A DNA stretch of 59,657 nt, the filler included, from Piptocephalis cylindrospora (taxonomy: Eukaryota): the NCBI GenBank assembly GCA_003614145.1. It is 6 parts of 6 records of this genome, joined end to end, with 100 filler letters (N's around TTAATTAATTAA, not from the genome) between each part and the next. Parts side by side here need not be neighbours in the genome. Positions count along the whole stretch, not along the records: positions 1 to 9,873 come from KZ988060.1; positions 9,974 to 19,845 come from KZ988061.1; 4 more parts are not named here. The stretch is one strand, 5' to 3'. Every line of letters begins with the position of its first letter. Position 1 is the first letter of the stretch. Under the pieces are notes generated by a model. The model was not told where the DNA came from, made no database searches, and saw nothing but the letters and a program-made list of their open reading frames with translations. Positions 1 to 11,853 of the stretch are shown here, piece after piece. Made by a program: the position numbers and the translations under genes.

Positions 1-841
1 ACTAGATGGGCGTCAGAGGCAGTCAGTGCTATTATATCCTCAATCGCCTCCTCCCATCGGCTTTATAATGATTAGGACACATGACAAACGCGGGCTCTGG
101 ATCGAATGGTGTATCCACAAGTACCTTGAAGATCAATCGAAGCTAACTCAGTAGTTTGACTGCATAATTCTCTTAATGCTGGCGTAAGTTCCCTTACACG
201 CAGCTTCTTATGCACCAAGGTGGCCCTTTTCGGCTGTAGTCGGCATATCCACAAGTTCCTCGGATAAGGGAAGGGCCCAGGAAAGCCCATGCTTTCCTAC
301 ATGCCTTCTAGAGTCATCGCGACGTCCAAGAGACACACAGAGTGATTCGACTGCGCCATAAGATCTACATCGGAGCATTCAGTTTCTGATCTGGCCGGTC
401 AGTAAGCCTCAAACGAGAACGAGTAGAATGCTCAAGCACTATGTACTGAGGTGAGTATATAGGGATCGAAGGACAAAGTGGGCGAAGAGAACACCCTTTT
501 TCTCAGTCCTAGGAGCGATTAGTGAACTCTTCATACCTCCGAAAGAGAAATGGGCCTATATCGCACTTGGAGTGAGTAGCTAGTTGGACTGAGCATTAGA
601 CGGTTCAACATTTTCAGACTAAAATGCATTATCAATCTGCACAGCGCTAAAAAAAATCACAGGGTCGATTCCGTTGCCAAAGGCGGCACTCCGATCAACC
701 CTTTGGTGGTCAGACACAGGGAAAGGCAAGGTGGGGTGCAACCAAGGAGAATCCTGTAAGAGGCGCTACTCAGGTTTTGGTTTTGTCTTGGCTATCTCGT
801 CGTCTTTTTTTATACATATCTACTCCTGATTCAAAACTACC

Positions 842-2066
842 ATGCCTGTTTGCCCTATAGATGGATGCCAAGTTGATGGTATGAGGGAGGAGGCGATTGA
901 GGATATAATAGCACTGACTGCCTCTGACGCCCATCTAGTCCCCACCTATGCTTGGCAGGAACATTGGGCAACCCATGAGGAAGCACACTGCGCTCCAATC
1001 GACCGTAAGTGGGTGAGTATTGGCGTCTATGGGGCTTACGCTCATGCTACCCTTACCGTGGTAGCCGTAGATCCTGATGGACCCATGTCCCTCTTGGCGA
1101 AGAAGTTGAAGTTGGCCGATTCGACCGCCTACCTGGCATCGGCATCCACTAAGCTGTATCGAACGAAGAAAAAAGAAGACTGGTCGTGGGGCTGTGGGTA
1201 TCGTAATATGCAGATCCTTTTATCGGCCCTATCCACCCATCCCGAGGTCAAAGGTCGTCTTCCATCGGAGGAGATGACCATCCCTGATCTACAAAAGGCA
1301 TTGGAGATGGCATGGCAGCAAGGTAAGAGGGTAGTGGGAAAAGTGGATGATTGGAGGATGGGAAAAGGTAAAACTAATGCTCCTATTCCTTAGGATTCGA
1401 TGTAGCAGGAGCACAGCAGCTTAAAGGCAAGGTACTTGGGGAAAAGACATGGATTGGGGCTACCGAGGCATACACCATTCTCTGCGGGTTTGGTATCAAG
1501 TAAGAATGGAGATGAAGGGAAATAATCTCGACCTTAATTTTCTTATTTATCATCAATGATGATTAGATCGACAGTGGTAGACTTTCATCGACCGATCTCG
1601 TCCCTGACTAGGAGGCATACTCTTTTGCTGGATTGGGTCTTTGAGTATTTTTCTGACCACACTGGGCGGAATGGTCGATTCGGAGAGGATGGCACGTTAA
1701 AAGGAGTGACGATGACGGAGCGCCTTCCTTTGTATTTTCAGCATCAAGGCAAGTCCTCTCTTTCCTATTCTATGTTCCTCTTCATCTAACCACAGTTACA
1801 CATCGATGCCATGAAATCGTACAGGGCATAGCCGTACCATTGTAGGAGTAGAGGTGTCCAAGGATGGAAGTAGATTCATCCTCCTCATGGACCCTTCTTT
1901 GCCCTTCCCTGCACCCCATCAGGAACCTGGTACGTTTATCTCTCGTTTACGATGTGGTATCTATCACTTGGCCCGGCATAGTCAGTATCAAATTGTCCGG
2001 GTTGATCCGGAAGGGGTGGTTGGGGAGGGGGATCGGGTTATTCGATCCATTCGAGTTCCCCCATAG
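842..2066 (+). CDS. ZUP1: ZUFSP/ZUP1-Mug105 family deubiquitinase (peptidase C78 fold) with one N-terminal C2H2-like finger
   Basis: The spliced product has DWSWGCGYRNMQ (catalytic Cys), GFDVAGAQQL..KTWIGATE, YFQHQ-G-HSRTIVGVE (catalytic His) and LLMDPS (Asp). Inferred introns are 879-938, 1005-1064 or 1005-1070, 1323-1393, 1500-1566 and 1749-1824 (GC-AG). Stop TAG at 2064-2066. Confidence 0.9.
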
Positions 2067-2287
2067 AATGATGATAGAGGGCCTGATTGTTGGATGGCGC
2101 ACACCATAAAATTCATTCATTTCTTGATCATAATTCCTTTTCAACAACAGAGCGCAGAGTACAGGCAGTATTTGTCATATCTGTAAAGATGCATCCAGCG
2201 ACAATATCGAATGGTCATAGACATTGCACAGACACTAGGGTAAGCGCATCGTATATTACCACGAAAGCGCGGTTTTTGAGACATTCT

Positions 2288-3759
2288 CTACATGTAGAAA
2301 TCGTGATATCCCTACAGATAGATATATAGATAGAAAGAGGGATAAAGAGTGAGAGGTGTTGGCGCCATCATCACAGGTACCTTCACTGAGGAAAATAATA
2401 GTATACTTACTGGAGGAGGAAGCTCATCATTATCAGGATCTCCACTAAATGGGAGAGAGGGGAGGGGTCAGTTTACCCTAGCTCTGCACGCTGTTCAGAT
2501 GCATAGAATTACCATCTTACCTAAATGGACGGCTCTCACCGCTACCACGACCATATCCTCTTCCACGACCTGGTCTGTGAGTAGAAGGTGGGTTCAGGGG
2601 GCTAATGGGGTCAAACCGCGCTCCTGGAGGTACAGCCCCAGGGGGAAGTCGTACAACTCCTTCACCAGAGAAGGGTTGGGTTGGGCCACTTTCTGGTTCT
2701 GTGCCTCCCCCAAAAAACATGGGGTGGTTGGGCCCCACCAGCATACCCCCCCCACCATCTCCTGGCCCTAATGTGCCGGGCAAGGGGCCGCCCAAGGGAT
2801 AAGGCCCTAGCGGATTGACATCCGACTCTCCCACTGCCATTGGATTACTGAGGAAAGGAGAAATAATGAGCAGGCTGACAGCGTCACAGCAGGATGAGGA
2901 AAGTAGTCTACCTTTGGTGACTGGAATGACGCTCTCTTGAAGAATTGGGCCTGATACCGGGTGATTGATGATGGGAGGCAGCACCACGTCTAAGATAGGG
3001 TGAGGCAGGGTAAGAGCAAGTTAGGATAATACATCCAAGGTCCAGCGCATACACCTACCCAGGGGGTACTTCATACCCAGCTTGGACTAAGTCAGGAATC
3101 ATAGGTTGGATCAATTGCACCTTGATGAGATCGAGAAGGTCGGCCAGAGACTTGGGGGATCCTTCAAAAGCCTTTTCCAGTCTCTTGGCCTCTTGAGAAG
3201 AGGGTTCACTGGGTGTGATGTAATCTTTGGGGTTGATCTCCACAGTAAAGGTCTTGCCGGTCTATAGAGTAGTGAGATGTATGAATGGTCAGCAAAAAAT
3301 AACGACATACTCCAAAGGGAAATGGCCATTGAGTCAACCCTACCTCCTTGACTGATACGACCACGAGCATCTTATCCCAGAGGCGGATATGTTTGACCAG
3401 AAAGGTCAGGGAGGACTGGGGATGAGTGTACTGGAAAGTTGCGTCATTATCCTTGCTGTTCGTCCCTTCCCTGGGGAGGGCAGAATGAATTGTGGAGGCC
3501 TCATGGACGCCAGCTAATCAGTGGGATCAGGGATGAGAAACCGAGAGGGGCAAGGCATCAGAAGTCTTTGAATAAAAAGAGGCTTACCCGTCTCCTCTTC
3601 CCCCTCAAGAGGACGAGGTTGAAAGTTAGCAGCTTGCAAGGTCACATGGAGCGTGGTGGTTAGGATGTGAAAAGCACTTGGAGGGGAGGGATCCTCACTC
3701 CCCAGGGCTTTTTCTAAGGCGCGAAGAATCTGAGGAACACTGAGTGGATGATCTGACAT
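2288..3759 (-). CDS. PSMF1: Proteasome inhibitor/regulator PI31 (PSMF1/Fub1 family), multi-exon
   Basis: N-terminal FP-like exons, then GGMLVGPNHPMF and LPPGAVPPGARFDPISP. Two small exons give SGDPDNDELPPP (2444-2411) and GYHDFYM* (2311-2288), a C-terminal HbYX motif. Confidence 0.9.
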
Positions 3760-4316
3760 ATGAAAGGGAAATAGCTCTGAAAAGGTGGGAGGGAAAAGGA
3801 GGAGGGGGAGAAGTCAGGATAGGAGGGATGCAATGTGCGAGCCTTGGGTGGGCTGCACTGACCGTGATCGCCCTTTTATGTCCACACGTCACACATTCAA
3901 TGCCCTCTCCCCTGTTGCCATTATGACACGACGACATGGTCTCAAAGCCTGTGCTGTGCCCTGCTACAGTTTTGATCTGGTGTGTTTCACGCGATAGCCA
4001 ATAGCACATGTGGATGAACGAACGGATCATTCATTTAGCTTTTTAAATTCTCCCTGGGATGTATTGGACTGAGGGTGGGTGGTTTAACTCCATGGCCATA
4101 CTACATATTCGTATAGTGGTGTATAATCATCCAAATAGCGGCTAATCGTCTCGCATACATACGGACGCCCACGGTCATGGCATTACCATCATCCCTTGTG
4201 CTACTATTATCCTCGTAAAAACGACAACGACAAAGTCTACACCGCTCTCTCCTCTTTTAAACCAAATCAAAACTAAATCGCCGCTTCCTCTATCTCACCG
4301 CATTCCATTGTCCTAT

Positions 4317-4835
4317 TTAAGCAAGGTACTTGTAAAGGAGGAATCCAGCAAGGGCAGAGACGATCACGACAAAACGAGCGGAACTTCCATTAGTCTTGAC
4401 TGAGGTGTGCTTGTCCGAGTTAGGGAGGATGTTCTTCTTGATATTGTCCCTGGCCTGGGTAGTATGGGGCGTGGGTTAAAAAGTGACCTTTATCGGACAG
4501 ATCAGCCCTCCCAACCTAACTTACATCTCCCTCTAGGGGACCAACAAGGTATTCCATGAGACTAGCCCTAGCCTCCTCGGAGTGACCCACATCCTCAAAG
4601 GCCTCGGTGGCATCAGTACCACCCTGTTCGAAGAGGATATCTTCACCACCGGGATGCTGTTGGGGCGAAAGACAAAGATGCGTTTGAGAATAAGGAGGAG
4701 TCACCAATGCACTGATCCTCTTACCTCCTCAATAAAGTTGGTGACATCGTAGACCTTGCCGTGGATGGCCATCCACAATCCAGTGGATCGTTCGGTGTGT
4801 CCGGCAAGTTCGGCGGCGGGAATAGCGCTGGTCAT
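4317..4835 (-). CDS. CYB5: Cytochrome b5, tail-anchored, 3 exons
   Basis: Exon 1 has LWMAIHGKVYDVTNFIEE. Exon 2 has HPGGEDIL..DATEAFEDVGHSEEAR with both heme His ligands. Exon 3 ends in the hydrophobic tail FVVIVSALAGFLLYKYLA*. Confidence 0.95.
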
Positions 4836-5901
4836 GGTAAGATAGGATGGGGAAGGTAAGGGAGGAGGGAGGAGGGAGGAGTGAGATGAAGAAGAGAATA
4901 AGAAAGAAAGGAAGAAAGGAGGGGGGAAGAAGGGATCGGCTCATCGCGTCGTTACTCCCACGTCGGCCCTTTTCAAGCATTGCTCTACTAGGGCTGGGAA
5001 GGCCGTCTAGCCTAGTGGGCATAACAAGGACGATAGCGGATAAAAAAAGTACTCTCAGTTGCTTGGCCCATTTAGCGAGGGCCCCCACCAGTTGGGGGCT
5101 GACCAGTGGCCAACGTCCTGCGCCTCATCGCCAAAGCCACAGTAAAGGGACCATAATGATGTGTGTGAAAGGTGTGCTAATAAAGTACACATACACTATG
5201 GAGACTGTGTGAATTTCTTTTGGTGCGGGTGCGCTGGGAGTTGGGCTCGGAAGAGGAAGGAGGGACAGCCATTGATCATCCTCTGAAAGGACTCTACCCC
5301 CATTGGGGTGCGCCGAGAGGAAAATGGATTGGGAGAGGTGGCGTGATATTATGCGTGCTTATGCTTGATAACCATAGCAAGGGTCTAAGGATGAATCATC
5401 AACATGAGCAAGGGCTTTTGTCTTGGTATTATTATGGATACGAGTGATTGTATCAAAAGCATTGAGTATATATAGTATTCTCGTCAACACGTTCATACTC
5501 GTCTTTCATCACATGGCGATAGGAAAGGAGACCCTGTTTGAGCACATTAGGTGATATCGTGGCGAGATGTCACCCATTCTTAAATGGCAAGTAAGGGTTG
5601 ATCCACTTTTAAAGGAGATGGCCTGTCTTTCAAATACCTCGCGTCATGTCGAGCCATCAGGATATTTGAGGCACAGTGAAGATGATCACGCATTTCACGA
5701 TGGTGATGATATCTATGTGCCCTGGAAAGACAGACACTCCTCCACAAGCACTACTCGACGCACCATCCCTGGATATGAATTACTCATTAAATAATGCTGT
5801 ATGTACATCCTCTTTTTAAAAAAGGGACCCTTTAGATCTCAGCACCCTAGATTATGTTGCAATTCCTCTTTCCCTCATTTACTGCGTCCCTCTTAAATAA
5901 C

Positions 5902-6912
5902 ATGATCCCACCACCATCTGCTCCATTATCTACCCAGGACGACCTTGTCACTCTAGGAGAAATCCGGGAGAAAAAGGCTTTTCTCATCGATATGGATGGG
6001 GTAATTTATCATGGGTCCAAGCTGCTGCCCGGTGCCCCGGAATTTGTCCGTTGGATGCAGAAAACAAACAAGAAATTCCTCTTTCTCACCAACAATCCGG
6101 CCTATACTCCTCGGGAATTACAGGAAAAGCTGCAGAGGCTGGGCATTGCGGTGGAAGAATCAAATTTCTTCACCAGCTGCCTAGCCACCGCCAAATTCCT
6201 TCAGCATCAGTCACCGGTCAGTTGGCCACGCCCAGAGAATTTGGGTACGTATTTCCCCTAATATGTCTCCTCCATTTAGAAAGGAGGCTCTTGTTTTGTC
6301 ATTGGACACCCTGCCTTGACCTATGCCTTGTACGAGCATGGATTTACCATGAATGAGACGGTAGGTACTGATTCTTTCGTTAAATGCACGTCTATCTCAT
6401 ACATCCCCTTTCTTTCCTTTTCCAAGAACCCCGATTATGTTGTGGTGGGAGAGGGGAGACTCTTTAACTACGACAATGTCCAAAAGGCTTGTCATCTCGT
6501 CCATCAAGGAGCCAGACTGATTGGGGCCAATCCGGATCAAAATAGCCCAGGTGAAGGGGGTCTCATCGACCCGGCATGTGGTGCCTTCACCGGATGTATC
6601 GAGCAAGCGACCGGCCGAATGGCCTTTTACTGCGGGAAACCTTGTAGCGTGATGATGCGTTATGCCCAACGGATCCTCGGGACCAATCGGCGGGAAGTAT
6701 GCATCATCGGTGATCGCATGGACACCGACATCCTAGGAGGCATTAATAGTGAGATGGATTCTGTCCTGGTCCTCAGTGGCATCTCTAGCATCGAATCATA
6801 CCCCACCTACCCTTTCCAACCCACCCTGGTCCTAGAAGGGGTCTTCCAAATCCCTCCCCATGATGATACTACCTCCGAGAGGGGCGAGGGACAAGGTGAA
6901 GAGAGAAAATGA
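5902..6912 (+). CDS. HAD-superfamily IIA hydrolase, NagD-like nucleotide/sugar phosphatase
   Basis: Motifs FLIDMDGVIY, FLTNN, GKP and IIGDRMDTDI. Introns 6217-6279 and 6361-6426. The ATG at 5902 is preferred, with an alternative at 5854. Confidence 0.9.
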
Positions 6913-7185
6913 CATGGATGATCTGCCATAGGTGTAATCAAACGAGTGCGTTAAATGAAAGGACTTGCTTTCTGTATCCCCTGCAAAATCACTCCTACCT
7001 CAACCATCATGTACGACTCTTGCTACTTCAATATACTGGTAGGACCCAATCCCTTTTCCTATCTCTCTTAGGGGAGTATACCAAAAAAAGAACACGTCTC
7101 CCCAAACGAACCCACTCACTCCATCCTACCCATCTACTCCCTCCTAACCCTCCTTCCCCTCCTTCCTCCCCACTCTCTTGACAAA

Positions 7186-9873
7186 TCAACTATGAATTTT
7201 CACCACTGAATCTGCCCCACTACTCCCTAACCAAGGAAGGGTAGGGTGATATTGGACGCAGCACACTCCCTCATCTCCCTTTCGTCGATGGGCCATAATG
7301 TCCTGGAGGCACGAATAGGTCCGAACGTCCCACACCCTCACTGATCCATCGTGACCTGTATGAGGAGAAGAGGATCATGTTAGATCCTGCTCAAGAAGAG
7401 AAATCCCTCCCCCAATCCTAGTTCTAACCCACCTCCAGAGGCCAAGGCGTCCCCGAAAGGACTAAAGTCCAAAGAAGAGACGGAATCCACGTGACCAACC
7501 TGACTGTGAACACATTTACCCGATCCAACATCCATGAACCGAATGATGGTATCCTCATGGGCTGTACAGAGCAGAGGTAAATTGGCATGTGTGGTAATGT
7601 GATTGACCTGTGTAGCCTGAGTTCCATCTACGAGTGAGGTGGGATGAGATGAGAGGAGGAGGGAGGAAATGGGCCCTACGCTCCATCCAGCACTTACCAT
7701 AGGTGGCCCTAGTGTCAAAGTCAAGGAGCACCTTGCTCGTCTCAATGTCATACTGACGGACCATGGCATTGGTGTAGGAAACATACATCTTGCCCGAATC
7801 CTTGGGATCAAAGACAATACTGGTAGGGCAAGGCCCGATCCCATCTGGATTGAAGTGGGATATGTCGCTTAGTCCTCCAGCACGATTCCTTCCCTCCCCC
7901 CCCATGAGTCATACCTTGATCTCCATTAATCCCATCCAGGGTCAGAGAGCTCCTCAGGGGCTGATTGGTCCTTTCCGTATCCCATAACTTGACTGTGCCA
8001 TCCGATGAAGCTGAAGCTAGTAGCCCACTTCGTTCATCCAGCTGGACATCCCAAATGACATCTGTGTGTCCTACCATATGGCCAATCACACATTTTGGAT
8101 CTAACAGAGGCGAGGATGCATGAGGAATGAACTAGTGTGATCCACCCCAATCCAGTCCTACCAAAGGAAGCAAGCATGTCTCTTTCCGTACTAGGCATGG
8201 CCCAGACAAAGATGGAGGCGTCCACTCCGGCCGAATAGCATCGTCTCTTGGAATGACTAATGGCCACAGAGTGCACTGCTCCAAGGTGCGCTCTATACGT
8301 CACCAATGGCTCGTATTCCTTACTACATGGGGCATAGAGGTGCCCCGATCAAGTGGTGATTAGGAAGGAAGTCAAGATCAATTCCCATTCGTTTCAGCCC
8401 ACTTACGTCTTTTGAGGCCGAGGAGTCAGTCCATCCAAAGACCATAGCTTCACCATCCCATCTTCTGATCCGGACACAAGAGCAAGTTCCTCGGGATGGA
8501 AGGAAAACGATGTCACGGTATCCAAATGACTTCGGAGGGATACACGCCCATTCCACGTCTTTCCGCTGGCCCCTGCCTCCGTTTCTTCCTCCCCAGAGGT
8601 ACTACCTCGCACCCTGGAATCCTGCTGGCCTTGCCCTTCGGCCCCTTCCTCTTCTTTCTCAAATAGCCCCTTAACTTCCTTGGAATCCCTCCTTGACTAT
8701 AGATAGAACAGAGATAAATGAATGTTTTTTAGTGGAGATTCTCGTCCACCATTTGCCCGCCTGTACATACTTTTTCATGCTTAGACTTGGAGCTTTCCAT
8801 TGAGAAACCTTCAGTCAATTTACCGTTTTTCTAATCAATCCATGAGTGCCCGCGACAAAAAAAGTGTAAGTAAAAAGATGTTGAAATCCTAAAAGCATTC
8901 CAGGAGCCCTTACAATCATGGAGGCCTCTGCCCGACCCATAGTTCCATAAGATTCCAGTCCTTTTCCTTCATCCGAGGAAGGGGTATTATGGCCCCCTAG
9001 GGATCCCTCTTCCTCCCCGTTCTCCCTTCTCTCCACGAGCTCATCCTCTTTTCTCCGTAAGCCCTTTCGCTTTTCCCCCGATGGCCCCTTACCAGAGCGG
9101 CTCCCGGCAAACATAGATGCCAAACCCCTATTCCTTCCCTCCTCCTCCTCCTCCTCACTCGTTTCTCCCTCTAATTTTCGAGTGTCCTTTGATCTAGAAG
9201 AGTTCTTGGACCCTCCTGTAAAATCCCTTCCGGTCAGGGAGGGCGGTGTAGGAGCATGGCCATTCGAGGACCCCTCCCACACGTCTCCCACACGTCGTCC
9301 AGGATGATGAATCACCGTGTCCTGTCTCTGGAGCATCTTCGAGGCCCCCGACATGGCCGTTCCCACTCCATTGGGCCCTATCAATGAGGGGGACTGAGGA
9401 GGTAATGGGGGCCCAGGGGGGAAGACCGGGGTAGAGGGGGCGTGTAGTGGAGCGGAGGGAAGGGATGAGGGCCTTGGCCTTTCTGGGGCTCCACCATGTC
9501 CATTTATCAGCTCTTGTCGAAGTACAGTGTCCGACAAAGGACGGTTAGGAAACTCAGAAGGGGAAGCGAGCTCCAAGGTTTGAAGGATGCTCTCAGAGGA
9601 AAAGTTGGCCAATTGCTCCACTTCTTGCAGGCATCTATGCGACAGAACAAAGAAAAGGGTCAATGCAAAAACAATACACCCTCCATGGGCTTTACCCTAT
9701 GCTAACCACGTACAGTTTTAATAGCTCCCGCCCACGACCCCGGACTGGTCGAGAGCTTGTCGGGGCCCTGGAAAGAAGAGATGGAGGGGCATGAGGGCTA
9801 GGGGCCCCGGTGGAGGCGGGAGGAGAGGATGTACGACTAAGTTGAGATATCAATTTGACGCCTCCATTGATCT
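7186..9873 (-). CDS. Striatin-family (Far8/PRO11) WD40 protein, 5'-truncated at the contig end
   Basis: RGRGRELLK/CLQEV striatin motif region, a low-complexity linker, then multi-exon WD40 repeats (LRSHLDTV, YRAHLGAV, GHTDVIWDV, GHVDSVSSL). C-terminus is HRRKGDEGVCCVQYHP..GADSVVKIHS*. Confidence 0.85.
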
Positions 9874-9973
9874 NNNNNNNNNNNNNNNNNNNNNNNNNNN
9901 NNNNNNNNNNNNNNNNNTTAATTAATTAANNNNNNNNNNNNNNNNNNNNNNNNNNNNNNNNNNNNNNNNNNNN
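9874..9973. other. Artificial contig spacer N44-TTAATTAATTAA-N44
   Basis: Exactly 100 nt. The 12-mer has stops in all six frames and the spacer recurs identically five times. Confidence 0.99.
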
Positions 9974-10149
9974 ACCATTGTCTTTGTCTATCAAGGTACT
10001 CGGCTTTATGATGCAGGAAGCCCTCAGACCCTTGGGTGGAAGGATAAGGTGCCACTAGGAGGGTTTTTTCTTTATCGTGTTTGTTTTTTTTTTTTACCTC
10101 TTATGTTTATAATAGGTGTGTGATGTGGGAAAAAAAACGTGGGGTGTCC

Positions 10150-10182
<33 letters not shown>

Positions 10183-10194
10183 ATCCCCATATAG

Positions 10195-10406
10195 ACCATC
10201 TCCATCTTCATGTGACCCATGTGGAAAACCCCTTGGTAGGAGGGGCTTACGTAGGAAGATCCCATTTGTTGCAGGATGTACGGGAGTGCCTCCGTCTCTG
10301 TCCCGATTATTACGCTCATACCACCCTATCGTACATCCTTGGCCTTGACCACCCGCTCTACCCTCTTCTTGAGCAACACAATCTCAGAAAGGAGAGAGGA
10401 GAATGA
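10195..10406 (+). CDS. DCS1: Terminal exon of scavenger mRNA decapping enzyme DcpS (HIT family), partial
   Basis: After a TAG acceptor the exon reads (Y)HLHLHVTH..GRSHLLQDVRECLRLCPDYYAHTTLSYILGLDHPLY. This parallels the DcpS C-terminus YHLHVH..RAHLL.EVIENL..YQQRTLTFAL..DPL. Confidence 0.8.
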
Positions 10407-10440
10407 CCCCTTTCCCTTCCTACCTTATGGAGCCTTAGCT

Positions 10441-11097
10441 TCATTCGGTCTTGGCGCCCTTACCCTTCTTGTTCTTTTTCTTCAGCCTCTCCTCTTCATC
10501 CACAGCCACACCCTTGCCTTCGGCAGCACAAAGCACACTTCCAGAAATGACTAGACTAGATCCGAACCACCACCGTGCACCTAATTGTTCATGGAAGATC
10601 AGGTGACCTAGGACGGCCTGGCATGGACGAGGGAAGGAGGGAAAGTAAGCAGAAGGGAAGGGAAAAGGAAAATATAACATAATATGGACTTCTTATGTAC
10701 CGTAAAGATAAAGTTCGTGGCTTTGTTGATAACAGTCACCTCAGTAGATGAGGTGGAAAGGGATAGCGACTTAGTGAAGCAAGCCCACATGGCTGCATTG
10801 GTTAGGAAGACTAGGGCAAAAAACCCGACTCGAACCGTCATTTCCACCTAATCAAGTATCGTTGTTGATTGCGATAGGAGGAGTATGGTGAGTGTGATTA
10901 TCCATCAACTACCACGTCCCCTTTCAAGCACTTACCAGCCCAGTAGCAGGAAGGTATCCAGTGAAATCAGAAACACTCTCCTGAAGGATAAAAACGAGCC
11001 AGTCAGCCGTCTTATCCGTGGTTAATTTGCCACACAGGGAGCCTAGGGCAGCAAAGGTACCTGCTAGGATAGCATAAGCCACGTCGCGACGCAACAT
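10441..11097 (-). CDS. TMEM42-like small multi-pass membrane protein (DMT/EamA-like), 3 exons
   Basis: AILAGTFAALGSLCGKL, NAAMWACFTKSL..STEVTVINKATNFIFT and AVLGHLIFHEQL..WWFGSSLVISG. Confidence 0.75.
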
Positions 11098-11853
11098 AGT
11101 GTAGGGAGGGGGGAGGAGGCGAGCACGGGCTGGACCGTAGGATTCACGAAGGTGTCGATAAGATATGGCCCTGTCCGGGAAGGGAGGCTTTGGGATCTGG
11201 TGACGAGGAGGACGAGTAGAGGAGTGGGTAGCGACGGTCATGTGGCCTTTGGGCTCCAAAGAGAGGGGGGGGGGAGGATTAGGGAAGAAAGGGGGAAAGG
11301 GACGAGGAGCAGTGAGGTAGGAGCCGTAGTACTAGGATGATTAATAATAAACTGGGGGAGTTGGTTAGGGCCGGGAAAAGACGGAGTAGATATAGGCCGT
11401 AGGAGATTCGGGTGGAGGAACAGTGTGCTATGTTTCGGAGTAATGGCCGGGTCAAGATTTTAGAGACTAGTAGGTTTGGACATAAAGGAGGGCCGTATGT
11501 ATGACCAGCGGATAGTACTTTTATATAGAAAGATCCGGGTGGGTCAGACTATGTCACCTTCCATATAAACGTCTTCGATCCTATTGCTATCAGGAAAGAT
11601 GAGTAAAGGTACCTTCTTGTGCTGCCGCGCACAAAATTAAGATGAAGAGAACCCTTCCCTCAAACATCTCGTTTTTCTATCCTCCATCCCCCTCTTAGAT
11701 TTTCCTTTACTCATCCAAACAAGTTGGGTCTGATTAAACACATGCCATGAGAAAACGTAAGAAAGGAACGAAATATTCATCATTGCATGCCAACACCATT
11801 CCCTACCCCTCCTCCTCCCCTACAGAGGCACGCACATACTCATCCATCCTCTC

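Noticed and set aside
656..707. Imperfect hairpin AGGGTCGATT..GATCAACCCT upstream of ZUFSP
   Set aside because: A single short imperfect stem with no recognisable RNA-family boxes, plausible by chance.
9918..9929. TTAATTAATTAA palindrome recurring every ~10 kb, resembling a periodic element or piggyBac TTAA site
   Set aside because: It is always centred in 44+44 Ns, so it is a synthetic six-frame stop linker.
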